DNA of 49,827 nt from Bacteroidia bacterium (GCA_025059915.1 JANXDD010000001.1:1-49827); one strand, 5' to 3'. Positions 16,919 to 26,928 are shown, numbered from the stretch's first letter. Numbers and translations: made by a program. Notes: a model not told the origin generated them from the sequence alone.

Positions 16919-18962
16919 GACGCTCAAGCGGTTTTATCTCATACTCATCCTTGCGGGGATTAGTTGGGTGGGGCTAATAGCCCGGCTGGGATACCTTCAA
17001 TGGAAGTATAAGGACGCTTCCCCGTATGACCCTTATGCGCATCGCCCTTTTCTCAAAAAAGTTACGGGGGAGCGAGGCAGTATTTTCGCCAGAGATAATA
17101 CGGTCTTAGCTACGAGTATGCCGCTTTTTCGGGTCGCAGCAGACCCAGCAGCCTGGAGCGAAGCAGAAGTAAGAGACTCTTTGAAGCAGCTTGCCGAAGG
17201 GCTTAGCCGCCTTTTTCCCGATGTGTATCCAAAAAGTGAAGCAGTGCATCGCTTTCTGTATGAGCGGTGGAAAGCAGGCGATAGGCATGTGTATCTACTG
17301 CCCTATAAAGTACTTCTCACTTACCAGCAGCAAAAGGCCGTAGCCGAACTGCCCCTTTTGCGAAAAAAGCCCGGACGAAATGCCCTTATCATTGAAAAAA
17401 TAACGCACAAGCGCTCCTATCCCTATGGAAACCTTGCCCGAGCCACCCTCGGCTACCTTGTAAATGATTCAGTGGCATGGCGGGGATTAGAAAGTGCTTT
17501 TCATGAGGTTCTGCGGGGGGAAGAGCGATGGGTGCTGGTTCGCAGGCTTCCCAACGGTGTAGAAATTCCATTAGAAGACTTGGCAGAGTTTGAACCGCAG
17601 CCAGGGGCGGACATTTTCACTACCATAGACCCTCACCTTCAGGATATCGTTAGTCAGGCGTTAGAGAAAGGTATTCAGCGGCATCACGCCAAAGACGGCG
17701 TAGCTATTCTAATGGAAGTTCAAACGGGCGAGATATTAGCCATAGCCAATGGAGGAGAGCGCTTCAATCATGCAGTAAGTACTCTCTGGGAGCCGGGCTC
17801 TACTTTCAAGGTAGCAACTGCTGCTGCCCTCTTAGAGGCGAAGGCTATCCAGCCCCAGCAGCGGTTTTTTGTGCCAGCCAGCCTGAATGTAGCAGACCGA
17901 ACCCTCTCCGACGGACGCAATAGCGAATTTATGACCTTAGAAGATGCTCTGACCCGCTCCAGCAATGTAGCCTTTGCCAGCTTATGCTACAAGGCTTTTG
18001 ACAAAAAAAGCTCACAGTTTTACCAGTACTTAGAGCGATTCAAGCTCCTCAGCAAAAGCGGCATCTCTCTTTACTCCGAGCCTGCGCCGGCTTACATACC
18101 TCCGCGCAGTCGCTATTTCAATCCTACGACTCTGCCATGGATGGCTATTGGATATAACATTCGGCTGACGCCCCTCCAGCTTTTGGTATTTTACAACGCC
18201 ATAGCTAACGATGGAAAATGGGTCCCTCCTAAGTTAGTGAGGGAAATCCGCTATCCAGACGGAGAGGTTCAAGTCCCTTCGCTTCCTGAGCCTCAGCAGA
18301 TTATGAGTCCTCAGACGGCTCGCATTCTGCGGCAGTATCTCCAGCAAGTGGTAGCCAAAGGAACAGCGAGCAACATCTTCACTCCCCTTTATTCCATCGC
18401 TGGTAAGACAGGCACAGCCAAAAAAGTAGAGCGCGGCGTTTATGTGAATCAATATCGGGCTTCTTTCGTGGGATTTTTCCCGGCTGATAAACCCCGCTAT
18501 TCCTGCATCGTAGTGATAGATGAGCCTCAAGAAGGAGGGATATATGGGGGGGAAGTGGCTGCACCTATATTTCGGGAAATCGCTGATGCGGTGGTTTTTC
18601 GGGATATTGAGGTAGCGCCGCGCCCTTTGGAGCCTCTCCCTGAGCGGCAGCTTCCAAGCTTACCTGTCGTAGTGCAGAACCGAGTTATCCCGCTGTATAA
18701 CTACTTTGCTATTTCCACACCAGATCGTCCAGAGACGCCTGTCGTACGAACCCAACCTTCTACCCATTATGTGAGCTTCCTCCCTTACAAAGCCCCTCTG
18801 CCCCATAGAGTAGTAGGGATGAGCTTACGCAGTGCTCTATCTGAGCTGGAAAAGAATGGCTATACAGTCTATTGGCAAGGAAAGGGACCTTTTGTCTCGC
18901 GGGTACAGGTTCGCTCTGCAAAAGAAGTGCTATTAGAGCTGGGGGATGAAGCGCCTTTTTGA
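16911..18962 (+). CDS. ftsI: Class B penicillin-binding protein (FtsI/PBP3-type transpeptidase) with C-terminal PASTA-like domain
   Basis: 683 aa with an N-terminal TM anchor. Transpeptidase motifs STFK (EPGSTFKV), SSN (TRSSNVAF) and KTGT (AGKTGTAKK). Confidence 0.9.
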   Translation: MSKTLKRFYLILILAGISWVGLIARLGYLQWKYKDASPYDPYAHRPFLKKVTGERGSIFARDNTVLATSMPLFRVAADPAAWSEAEVRDSLKQLAEGLSRLFPDVYPKSEAVHRFLYERWKAGDRHVYLLPYKVLLTYQQQKAVAELPLLRKKPGRNALIIEKITHKRSYPYGNLARATLGYLVNDSVAWRGLESAFHEVLRGEERWVLVRRLPNGVEIPLEDLAEFEPQPGADIFTTIDPHLQDIVSQALEKGIQRHHAKDGVAILMEVQTGEILAIANGGERFNHAVSTLWEPGSTFKVATAAALLEAKAIQPQQRFFVPASLNVADRTLSDGRNSEFMTLEDALTRSSNVAFASLCYKAFDKKSSQFYQYLERFKLLSKSGISLYSEPAPAYIPPRSRYFNPTTLPWMAIGYNIRLTPLQLLVFYNAIANDGKWVPPKLVREIRYPDGEVQVPSLPEPQQIMSPQTARILRQYLQQVVAKGTASNIFTPLYSIAGKTGTAKKVERGVYVNQYRASFVGFFPADKPRYSCIVVIDEPQEGGIYGGEVAAPIFREIADAVVFRDIEVAPRPLEPLPERQLPSLPVVVQNRVIPLYNYFAISTPDRPETPVVRTQPSTHYVSFLPYKAPLPHRVVGMSLRSALSELEKNGYTVYWQGKGPFVSRVQVRSAKEVLLELGDEAPF

Positions 18963-20469
18963 GCTTATCGCCGGAGTAGAAGACTGCCGGCTGATTCAGG
19001 GGAGCTTAGAGCAGCCCATATCTCAAATCACAGCAGATAGCCGCACTGTAATGCCTGGGGCTTTATTTATTGCATGGAAAGGACGGCAAACTGATGGACA
19101 TCGCTACATTCCTCAAGCAATAGAAAAAGGAGCGGTCGCTATCCTCGCTGAAGAAGCAGTAGAAGTCCCTTCTCATATCACCTTGCTGAGAGTAGGAAAT
19201 GCTCGGGCGGCTTATGCGCATGTCGCTTCGGCGTGGTTTGACTACCCCGCTCGCCACCTGCAAATCATCGGCATCACTGGAACAAACGGAAAAAGCTCCA
19301 CCGCCTACTACTTGTATCAGCTTCTTCGGGGATTAGGCTACAAGGTGGGGCTTATAGGGACGGTTTTTTGCTTAGCGGAAGAGGACGTATTACCAGCGAC
19401 TTTGACGACGCCAGACAGCTACGAGCTGCATCGCCTCTTCAGCTACTTCCTCCAAAAAGGCATTACGCATGTAAGTATGGAAGTAAGCTCTATCGCTCTG
19501 GATCAACACCGTACGGCGGGGATAAACTTTGCGGGAGCAGTATTCACTAACCTCAGCCATGACCATTTGGACTACCATGGAACATTCATCGCCTATCGGG
19601 ATGCAAAGAAGAAGCTCTTTGACAACCTCTCATCAAAAGCATTTGCCCTGACAAACGCTGACGATAAAAATGGACACTTCATGCTACAAAATACTTCTGC
19701 GCGGCGCTATGCCTACACTCTACAAGGGGTGGAGGATTTCCGATTGCATCTGAGAGAGGCTGGTCTGTGGGGAATAGAGTATGAACTTCAGCTGAGGTTT
19801 AGTGGCGGCGGTTCGCTTGTAACGGAGCAAGTAGGACCCCTCACAGCAGCTCTCATAGGACAATTTCAAGCGTATAATCTGCTGGCAGCGGTAGGTGCTG
19901 CTTTTCTTTTAGAAACTCAAGGGGGGGCTGAGGCTCCAAGGCAGCTATGGAGGGAGCTGGCTCGGCTTTCTACGCTTTTGCGCACTCTTCCGGGGCGGTT
20001 AGAACCCGTTCCTCTGCCTAAGGAGCGCTTTGGGCTGGTGGATTATGCTCATACCCCAGATGCGGTAGAGAAGGTGTTGCGGTCTCTTCGAGCCCTTCTT
20101 CCGTCGGGAGGAAGTCTGTGGGCTGTATTGGGGGCAGGAGGTGATAGAGACCGTTCTAAGCGTGGACCGATGGCAGCAGCTGCCGCCCGTCTTGCTGACA
20201 CAGTCATCCTCACAAGTGATAATCCCCGTTCAGAAGACCCCACCGCTATCATCAGGGAAATGGAAGCTGGAGTTCCCCCTACCCTAAAATCAAAAGTCAT
20301 CACTATTACAGACCGAGCTGAGGCAATCCGAACCGCCGTGCAGCTCTCACCACCAAAGAGCCTTATCGCTGTCTTAGGAAAGGGTCATGAAAACTATCAG
20401 GAGATTAGGGGCATAAAATATCCTTTCAGCGACCGAGAAGTTTTACAATCCTTGGCCCATGCTGACTGA
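18946..20469 (+). CDS. murE: UDP-MurNAc-L-Ala-D-Glu--2,6-diaminopimelate ligase
   Basis: 507 aa. P-loop GITGTNGKSS and the meso-DAP specificity motif DNPR (TSDNPRSEDP). Confidence 0.95.
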   Translation: MKRLFELIAGVEDCRLIQGSLEQPISQITADSRTVMPGALFIAWKGRQTDGHRYIPQAIEKGAVAILAEEAVEVPSHITLLRVGNARAAYAHVASAWFDYPARHLQIIGITGTNGKSSTAYYLYQLLRGLGYKVGLIGTVFCLAEEDVLPATLTTPDSYELHRLFSYFLQKGITHVSMEVSSIALDQHRTAGINFAGAVFTNLSHDHLDYHGTFIAYRDAKKKLFDNLSSKAFALTNADDKNGHFMLQNTSARRYAYTLQGVEDFRLHLREAGLWGIEYELQLRFSGGGSLVTEQVGPLTAALIGQFQAYNLLAAVGAAFLLETQGGAEAPRQLWRELARLSTLLRTLPGRLEPVPLPKERFGLVDYAHTPDAVEKVLRSLRALLPSGGSLWAVLGAGGDRDRSKRGPMAAAAARLADTVILTSDNPRSEDPTAIIREMEAGVPPTLKSKVITITDRAEAIRTAVQLSPPKSLIAVLGKGHENYQEIRGIKYPFSDREVLQSLAHAD

Positions 20470-21868
20470 ACTAATGCGATGGCTGGATGAAAGTTTGCAG
20501 CTGCCCGGCATGGGCTTAGCTCAATATATCAGCTTTCGTACGCTGATGGCAGGCTTTACGGCTGGGGCTATTGGGCTGATAGTGGGGGGGCCGCTTATCC
20601 GCTGGCTTCGGAAAAATGCTCTGCGAGAAACTATTCGGGCTGAGGGTCCTGCTACCCATGCAAGCAAGAGAGGCACTCCTACGATGGGGGGGCTTCTCAT
20701 TCTTTTTAGTTTGGCTGGAGGGGCTCTTTTATGGGGCGAACTCAGCAGCGCCTATATATGGACCCTCTTAGGCATGGCTCTTTGGCTGGGGACGATTGGA
20801 TTTTTGGATGACTGGCTCAAACGCACTCGTGGCAAGCAAGGCCTCTCTGCCCGTCTCAAGCTGCTGGGACAAATAGGTGGGGCCCTCTGGCTGGTCGTTC
20901 TCATGCTTGTAGAGCCGAGCTTTCATAGTACTCGGGAACGGGTGCGACCCGATGGGAAGGTCCGCTTATCTCCCCTTCTGGCAGAAGTAGGCTTCAAGCG
21001 AGGAGATAAAATCATTTCTGTAGAAAAGTATCCTTTTCGCTGGGAAGAGCAGCGCTTCCGTCCCCAACTGCCAGATGGAAACTTCCCCCTTTTCTACACC
21101 ATCCAGCGAGAGGGACAGACGCTCACCCTCTCTGTTCCTCCCGAAAAGGCTTCCGCTGTGGCTATGGAGCTCTTCGGTCATGCCCAACCTGAAACTGTCT
21201 TTTTGACAAACCTGCCCTTCGCAAAAAATCAGCAAATCAACTACGGGCAAATAGGAAAGTGGAATCTCCCCTTCTGGCTCAAAGTGATAGTCTATGGACT
21301 GATTGTGCTTTTCATCCTTACAGCTACCAGTAATGCCTTCAATCTCACCGATGGGTTAGATGGGCTGGCGGTCGGTGTCGGAGCAATAGCATTTTTGAGC
21401 TTGGCCAGTTTTGCCTATTTCTCCAGTAATCGGATTTGGGCGGATTATTTCATGATTCTTTACCTGCCTCATGCAGCTGAGGTAACGGTTTTTGCTGGGG
21501 CGGTGGTGGGAGCCTGTATCGCCTTTCTGTGGTACAATGCCTACCCAGCCCAGGTTTTCATGGGAGACACAGGAAGCCTCATGCTTGGAGGGCTTATCGG
21601 AGCCATGGCACTAATGGTGAAAAAAGAATTGCTCCTCCCTCTAATTGCAGGAATTCCTTTCGCAGAGACGCTCTCTGTGATGATTCAGGTAGCTTACTTC
21701 CGCTACACTAAGCGAAAGTATGGGGAGGGAAGGCGCATTTTTCGCATGTCTCCGCTCCACCATCACTTTGAGCTGCTGGGCTGGCATGAAGTAAAAGTGG
21801 TGATTCGGTTTTGGATTATCGCTTTGCTCCTGAATGCGCTGGCTTTCATAACCCTCAAACTGCGATGA
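20459..21868 (+). CDS. mraY: Phospho-N-acetylmuramoyl-pentapeptide transferase with a ~100-aa insertion
   Basis: 469 aa. Motifs GTPTMGG, FLDDWLK, NAFNLTDGLDGLA, MGDTGS and SPLHHHFE. Extra segment at roughly residues 152-270. Confidence 0.95.
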   Translation: MLTELMRWLDESLQLPGMGLAQYISFRTLMAGFTAGAIGLIVGGPLIRWLRKNALRETIRAEGPATHASKRGTPTMGGLLILFSLAGGALLWGELSSAYIWTLLGMALWLGTIGFLDDWLKRTRGKQGLSARLKLLGQIGGALWLVVLMLVEPSFHSTRERVRPDGKVRLSPLLAEVGFKRGDKIISVEKYPFRWEEQRFRPQLPDGNFPLFYTIQREGQTLTLSVPPEKASAVAMELFGHAQPETVFLTNLPFAKNQQINYGQIGKWNLPFWLKVIVYGLIVLFILTATSNAFNLTDGLDGLAVGVGAIAFLSLASFAYFSSNRIWADYFMILYLPHAAEVTVFAGAVVGACIAFLWYNAYPAQVFMGDTGSLMLGGLIGAMALMVKKELLLPLIAGIPFAETLSVMIQVAYFRYTKRKYGEGRRIFRMSPLHHHFELLGWHEVKVVIRFWIIALLLNALAFITLKLR

Positions 21869-23235
21869 GTCAGCGGATAGGCATATGGGGATTGGGTGAG
21901 AGTGGTGTAGGAGCCGCCCTCCTTGCTTATAAGAAAGGATATGACCTTTTACTCGTGGCGGATAAGCCGCCCGCCCCTCACTATGCCCAAAAGCTGCAAG
22001 CTCTGGGGCTCCCTTGGCACATCACGGATAAGCCAGAAGCTATTCTGAAAAAAGCGGACTTGATAGTCCGAAGTCCAGGTATTCGCCCAGATACGCCTGC
22101 CCTTCTTCGGCTGAAGGCAGAGGGAATTCCTATCGTGTCTGACTTGGAATGGGGGGGGCGCCATTTTCCTCCTCGTGCCCACTTGTGGATAATCACTGGC
22201 TCAGCGGGAAAAAGTTCTACTACGCAGCTTATAGCACACCTTTTTCGTACAGCAGGGCGCCGAGCCATCGCCTGTGGCAATATCGGCTATAGCTTCTGTG
22301 CGGCCCTTGCTGAGGAGCCTCCTTATGAGTACTATGTCGTAGAAGCCAGCTCCTTTCAGCTGTGGGATACTTTTACTCTAATACCCGAAGGGCTTATCCT
22401 TACGGGACTTGTGCCTAATCACATAGACTGGCATGGGAGCTTAGAAGAGTATGTGCATGCAAAACTTCACATTACCGAGCGCTTACCTGCAGAAGCCCAT
22501 TTGATTTACGCCGCTGATAGTGAGCTTCTTGTGCAGAAGCTGGGCTCGTACAAAATCAAAGCCCATCTCTGGCGCTTTTCCGTAAAGGCTGGAGAGGGCA
22601 TTCATGCTTGGATAGAAGGAAACAAACTCATCTGCGATATGAGAATACCCGATGATACCGAGAGATGGGAAGTTTCTTATGAAGCAACGCCTCTTCAAGA
22701 GCTTCCCCAGCGGAAAAATGCGCTGGCGGCAGCGATTGTAGCCCGCTTAGCAGGACTGCGGCGGGCTGATTTGCGCCGTTCATTTGAGACTTTGGAGAAA
22801 ATGCCCCACCGCTTAGAGCAAGTCGCTCTCATAAACGGCGTCCTGTATGTGAATGACTCTAAGGCTACTACCACCGATGCGGTTTGGTATGCCCTTCAGA
22901 GTTTTGAGCGGCCGATTATTTGGATCGCAGGCGGTGTGGATAAGGGCAATGATTGGGGAGAGATTTTGGACATTGTGCGGGCTCGGGTGAAGGCGCTTAT
23001 TCTCATAGGAGCTGACCCAGACCCCCTCTATCGGGCTTTTCATGACACCGTGCCCATCGTGGAGCGAGCTGGCTCCATGGAAGAGGCTGTGGAAAAAGCC
23101 CATGCCCTTGCCAGGGCAGATGATGTAGTACTTCTCTCGCCGGGATGTGCCAGTTTTGACTGGTTCCGCAGTTATGAAGAACGAGGTGAAGCCTTCCGCA
23201 GAGCCGTCCAAAAGCTCCGTGGAGAAGAAGCGTAA
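21865..23235 (+). CDS. murD: UDP-MurNAc-L-alanine--D-glutamate ligase
   Basis: Start at ATG 21865 (ATGA overlap with mraY) gives MSQRIGIWGLGESGVG. P-loop ITGSAGKSSTT. Confidence 0.95.
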   Translation: MSQRIGIWGLGESGVGAALLAYKKGYDLLLVADKPPAPHYAQKLQALGLPWHITDKPEAILKKADLIVRSPGIRPDTPALLRLKAEGIPIVSDLEWGGRHFPPRAHLWIITGSAGKSSTTQLIAHLFRTAGRRAIACGNIGYSFCAALAEEPPYEYYVVEASSFQLWDTFTLIPEGLILTGLVPNHIDWHGSLEEYVHAKLHITERLPAEAHLIYAADSELLVQKLGSYKIKAHLWRFSVKAGEGIHAWIEGNKLICDMRIPDDTERWEVSYEATPLQELPQRKNALAAAIVARLAGLRRADLRRSFETLEKMPHRLEQVALINGVLYVNDSKATTTDAVWYALQSFERPIIWIAGGVDKGNDWGEILDIVRARVKALILIGADPDPLYRAFHDTVPIVERAGSMEEAVEKAHALARADDVVLLSPGCASFDWFRSYEERGEAFRRAVQKLRGEEA

Positions 23236-23926
23236 TCCTTTCAAGGTAGGGCTGCGCCGCCTTAGGAAAGCCACGCCTAAGGCAGTGTATCGCTTTCGGC
23301 GCCGCATAAAGCGGCTGCGCGTCTATCTCGCTTTGTATTCCTTCCCTCAGCCAGCCCCTCACAGCAAGGCAATAGATAAGCTCTTTCGCAGAGCAGGTAA
23401 GCTACGGCAGGCTTACCTGTATTTAGAATGGGTCAAACTCCACGCCCCTGAATGGAAAGATGCCGCCAAAGCTGAGATTAGCTACCGTAAACGCCGCTTC
23501 AAAAAAGCCTACAAGAAGCTGGTCAAGGAGGTAAAAAGCACTCTGGCTGAGTGGGAGAAGCGCTTCCCCCCTCCTTGGATAAAAGAAGAAAGCCTTCCCT
23601 TGTGGGAAAATCAAGGACGCCTTTGGGTGGAAGCCCAAAAAGAAGCCCTCCGTAAAATAGACTCTGAGTCTCTCACGCCAGAAAAGCTTCATGAATTGCG
23701 CACTATCCTACGGCAGTGGGAACTGGCGGCAGCCTGGGTAGAGCTGCCAGAAAAGCCCCCTGCTAACCTCACTACCTACCTTGGCGAAGCGCGGGACTTA
23801 TATCTCCTTCAGCGTTGGCTTCAAAAGCTCGGTGCAGAAGAGTCTCTCCTTCAGCACATCCATACCCTTCGTGCGGATTTAGAGTCCCAAGCCTTGGCGG
23901 TATGGCGAAAGTGGTTCTCTTCTTAG
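23174..23926 (+). CDS. CHAD-domain-like helical protein (weak assignment)
   Basis: The ORF overlaps the murD 3' end. Possible starts are ATG 23174 or GTG 23219; there is no internal Met. It contains two R/K-rich helix pairs resembling the CHAD repeat (VYRFRRRIKRLRVYLALY...LFRRAGKLRQAYL and LHELRTILRQWELAAAWV...LGEARDLYLLQRWL). Confidence 0.5.
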   Translation: MKNEVKPSAEPSKSSVEKKRNPFKVGLRRLRKATPKAVYRFRRRIKRLRVYLALYSFPQPAPHSKAIDKLFRRAGKLRQAYLYLEWVKLHAPEWKDAAKAEISYRKRRFKKAYKKLVKEVKSTLAEWEKRFPPPWIKEESLPLWENQGRLWVEAQKEALRKIDSESLTPEKLHELRTILRQWELAAAWVELPEKPPANLTTYLGEARDLYLLQRWLQKLGAEESLLQHIHTLRADLESQALAVWRKWFSS

Positions 23927-26850
23927 GAGTCTTTTGGAGCCAAGCCCTTCCTACGCAGTGGGCTGCTGAAATCTTTCGCACGCAGGCAGAAGCACTACAC
24001 TTTCAGGGGGCTCAAAGCTGGGCGCGTCAGCATGACCTCCTCTACATGCAAAGGGTGCCAATGCCTTTTCCCACCGCTGCTCCTTCTCCCCTCGTGCCCC
24101 TGTGGGAAAAGTATGCCTTATTTGACCTTCTACGAGAAAGCGCTCCCTATGAACTGGAGAAGCTGGCTTTAGCGGAAGCTCCCTCTTACCGTAGTGCTTT
24201 GGCACGCTTCTACGCAGCGAAATATGCTTTTCTGCGAAAGAATTACACCGAAACTTTAGAACACCTCGCTGGACTCAATCCGAAGGAGTTTCCTCCTGCT
24301 CTGCGTCAAGAAATGCAGTTTATAGAAGGGTATGCAGCCTATGCCACAGGGGACAGAGAGAGAGCCCTTCAGCGCTTGCGGCCATTAGCAGAAAAGGTAG
24401 GACCTTTTCACGACGCAGCCAACTACTATTTGGGGCTTATTTTTTATGAGCGGGGGGACTGGCGAGGCGCTGCAGCCCACTTGCAAGCGGTACAAGCCAG
24501 AGCTCCCTATGCCCAAGAAGCCCCTCTGTGGCTGGCATATGCTCTGGGTCAGATTCCAGACTTTCCGCAGCTTATCTCATGGGCAGAACGGTGGGCGGTG
24601 CAAGACCCTCCCCCGGCCCATGCAGAGACTCTCTGGACCTATATAGCTACTACCTTAGCTCAGGCTCGGCAGTGTGCCGCTGCTGAGAAATTTGCTGCCC
24701 CTGTAAAAGATCATCCGCTGGTGCGCTTGCATTTGGGCATTTGTGCTTATCAAGAAAAAAAGGACTCTGCTGCGCTGAGATTTTGGGAGCCGCTTTTAGG
24801 CGGGAAGGATAGCATAAGTCTGTGGGCCCGATATGGATATGCCTCCAGTTTAGTGCGCTTAGGGCGAAAAGAAGAAGCACTGGGGCTTCTTTCAGCCATC
24901 CCTCCCTCTTCTACGCCGCCAGCGCCAGCCGCTTTATGGCTTACTGCTCAAATCGCTTGGGACCTGCGCCTCGTAGAATCAGGCAAAAATGCCCTCTTAG
25001 CTTACCTTCAGCTTCCTAACCCTCCTAAAAGGGTAGAAGCCTTGCGCTACCTTGCAGAATTTTATGCTTTAGAGGGCAAATATGAGCTGGCGCTGCGTAC
25101 GCTGGATACTCTTCCCTCTGCTGTAGTGGGAGAGCCGAGACAGCGCTTGCGGTTAGCTGCGGGATTGCGAGCCTTCGCCGAAAAACAATACTCCACAGCG
25201 GAAAGCCTCTTTGCCCAAGCATCCAAAGTAGAAGGCCCTCACACCCCTACAGCCCTATTCTGGCGGGCAGAAGCCCTCTATCGTCAAGGCGACCTGCGCA
25301 GGGCGATTGAAGCCTATCAGCAGTTCCTTCACCATCCCCGCTCAAAAGAATCTCCCCATTACGATGAAGCCCGATTAGCTGTGGCATGGTCATACCTCCA
25401 ACAAAATCAAGCGGATGAAGCCCTTCGGTACAGTGAGAGCTTGCGTCGTGAGCACAAACGCTCTATCTACCCCTTCGCTGCATTTGTAGCGGCAGGTGCT
25501 TACTACCTCAAAAAGCGATATGCCGATGCTTTGACGATCTATCGGGAGCTCTTAAACTCGCCTCTTCCTCAGGGATATGTGCGCTACCATCTGGCTCAAA
25601 CGCTTGTTCGGTTAGAACGCTATAAAGAGGCAGAAGAGACGCTGGAAGGTGTGCCTTTATCCTCCCCTGGAGCAGATGCCGCTCTACACTTGAAGGTAGA
25701 AATATGTGCCCTCTGGCTACACCGTCCCAGTTGTACCAAAGCTGCGGCAGAGACTTTCCTTCATCACTTTCCTCATTCGCCTAAGGCTGCGGTAGTTTTA
25801 GCGCGATTGGGTCTGGCGCAAATAGAGCTGGGTGAAAAGCAAGCAGCTGCTCACACCCTTCGTCGCGTCCTGAGGGAATACACCGCCTCGCCAGAAGCAG
25901 TGAAGCTCTCCTTAGAAGGGCTGCGCACTATCTTATCTCCAGAAGAGTACGACGAGACCTATGAGGAGTTCCTTCGGCGGCTGCCGCCTGAGAGTGAGAC
26001 GCGGCTAAGTTTTGAGCGGGATCGGCTGCGACAGCTGGCAGAAGCCGAACGCTGGGCTGTATTAGACCGAGAAGCCGCCAGCATCGCTGAACGCTATCCC
26101 GCCCTTGCAGGAGAAGCCTTAGCCTGGCAAGCCAAAGCCGCCGAACATGTGAAAGACACCCTTCGGGCTCTGGAGTATTACCACAGGCTTACAAGCTATT
26201 CAGAGTATCGCCCTACCGCATGGGAAAGGCTTGCCTTACTCTATTCTGAAAGAGGGGAGTTTTCTCAGGCTCTGGCGGCGCAAGATTCTTTCCTCCGCTA
26301 CATGCCTACTACAGGCTATCCTCGGATTCAGGCCCTCCTTACGTGGGCAAACTTAGCCGCTCGTTTTGGAAAAGCCGACAGCGCACAAAAGGTACTTCTC
26401 TCGCTCCTCGCTGACACCCTCCTCAGCAATTTCTCCCGTCAAAAGCTCCTTTTAGGCATAGCCCTTCTTTCTGAAAAAGCAGGTCAGGTCAGCTCTGCTC
26501 TATCTTATCTGGAGAAGGTAGTTGCTATAGAGAAAAACGGCTTAGCGGCAGAAGCTCTCTACCATCAAGCCCGTCTTCTTTATGGAGAGAAGCGGTATGA
26601 TGAGGCTCGCAGTGCTATCTATCGCTTACGAGATGAACTGCCGCAGTATTTAGAGATGCGAGCGCGGGCTTATCTTTTTTTAGCTCGCATTTTCATAGAC
26701 GAAAACAAGCGTAAGTCAGCCCAGCGGCTCTTAGAGAGCCTTATTGAAAATGCTCCCTCGGATGATATCCGCAAGGAAGCTCAAGCCCTCAAAGACAGCA
26801 TTCCTCCGGAGCCGCCGCCCCCTCCTAAGCCGCCAAAAAAGAAAAAATAG
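23902..26850 (+). CDS. Large secreted tetratricopeptide-repeat protein (~980 aa)
   Basis: ATG 23902 gives a signal peptide (MAKVVLFLGVFWS|QA). TPR-like A/L/Y-rich helical repeats run throughout. Pro/Lys tail PPEPPPPPKPPKKKK. 25-nt overlap with the upstream ORF. Confidence 0.8.
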   Translation: MAKVVLFLGVFWSQALPTQWAAEIFRTQAEALHFQGAQSWARQHDLLYMQRVPMPFPTAAPSPLVPLWEKYALFDLLRESAPYELEKLALAEAPSYRSALARFYAAKYAFLRKNYTETLEHLAGLNPKEFPPALRQEMQFIEGYAAYATGDRERALQRLRPLAEKVGPFHDAANYYLGLIFYERGDWRGAAAHLQAVQARAPYAQEAPLWLAYALGQIPDFPQLISWAERWAVQDPPPAHAETLWTYIATTLAQARQCAAAEKFAAPVKDHPLVRLHLGICAYQEKKDSAALRFWEPLLGGKDSISLWARYGYASSLVRLGRKEEALGLLSAIPPSSTPPAPAALWLTAQIAWDLRLVESGKNALLAYLQLPNPPKRVEALRYLAEFYALEGKYELALRTLDTLPSAVVGEPRQRLRLAAGLRAFAEKQYSTAESLFAQASKVEGPHTPTALFWRAEALYRQGDLRRAIEAYQQFLHHPRSKESPHYDEARLAVAWSYLQQNQADEALRYSESLRREHKRSIYPFAAFVAAGAYYLKKRYADALTIYRELLNSPLPQGYVRYHLAQTLVRLERYKEAEETLEGVPLSSPGADAALHLKVEICALWLHRPSCTKAAAETFLHHFPHSPKAAVVLARLGLAQIELGEKQAAAHTLRRVLREYTASPEAVKLSLEGLRTILSPEEYDETYEEFLRRLPPESETRLSFERDRLRQLAEAERWAVLDREAASIAERYPALAGEALAWQAKAAEHVKDTLRALEYYHRLTSYSEYRPTAWERLALLYSERGEFSQALAAQDSFLRYMPTTGYPRIQALLTWANLAARFGKADSAQKVLLSLLADTLLSNFSRQKLLLGIALLSEKAGQVSSALSYLEKVVAIEKNGLAAEALYHQARLLYGEKRYDEARSAIYRLRDELPQYLEMRARAYLFLARIFIDENKRKSAQRLLESLIENAPSDDIRKEAQALKDSIPPEPPPPPKPPKKKK

Positions 26851-26928
26851 CTCCCTCCCCTTCCTCGTTAGCTCTTTTGGGAGAGATTACAACCGACCTT
26901 TAGTGAAACAAATGTTGCAACAAAGCCC

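Noticed and set aside
21949-23362. Several 77-164-aa ORFs antisense to murD (also antisense ORFs inside pruA, rluB, M16, M43, ftsI and others).
   Set aside because: They lie entirely within well-supported genes on the opposite strand, have no motifs, and show the composition typical of shadow ORFs.
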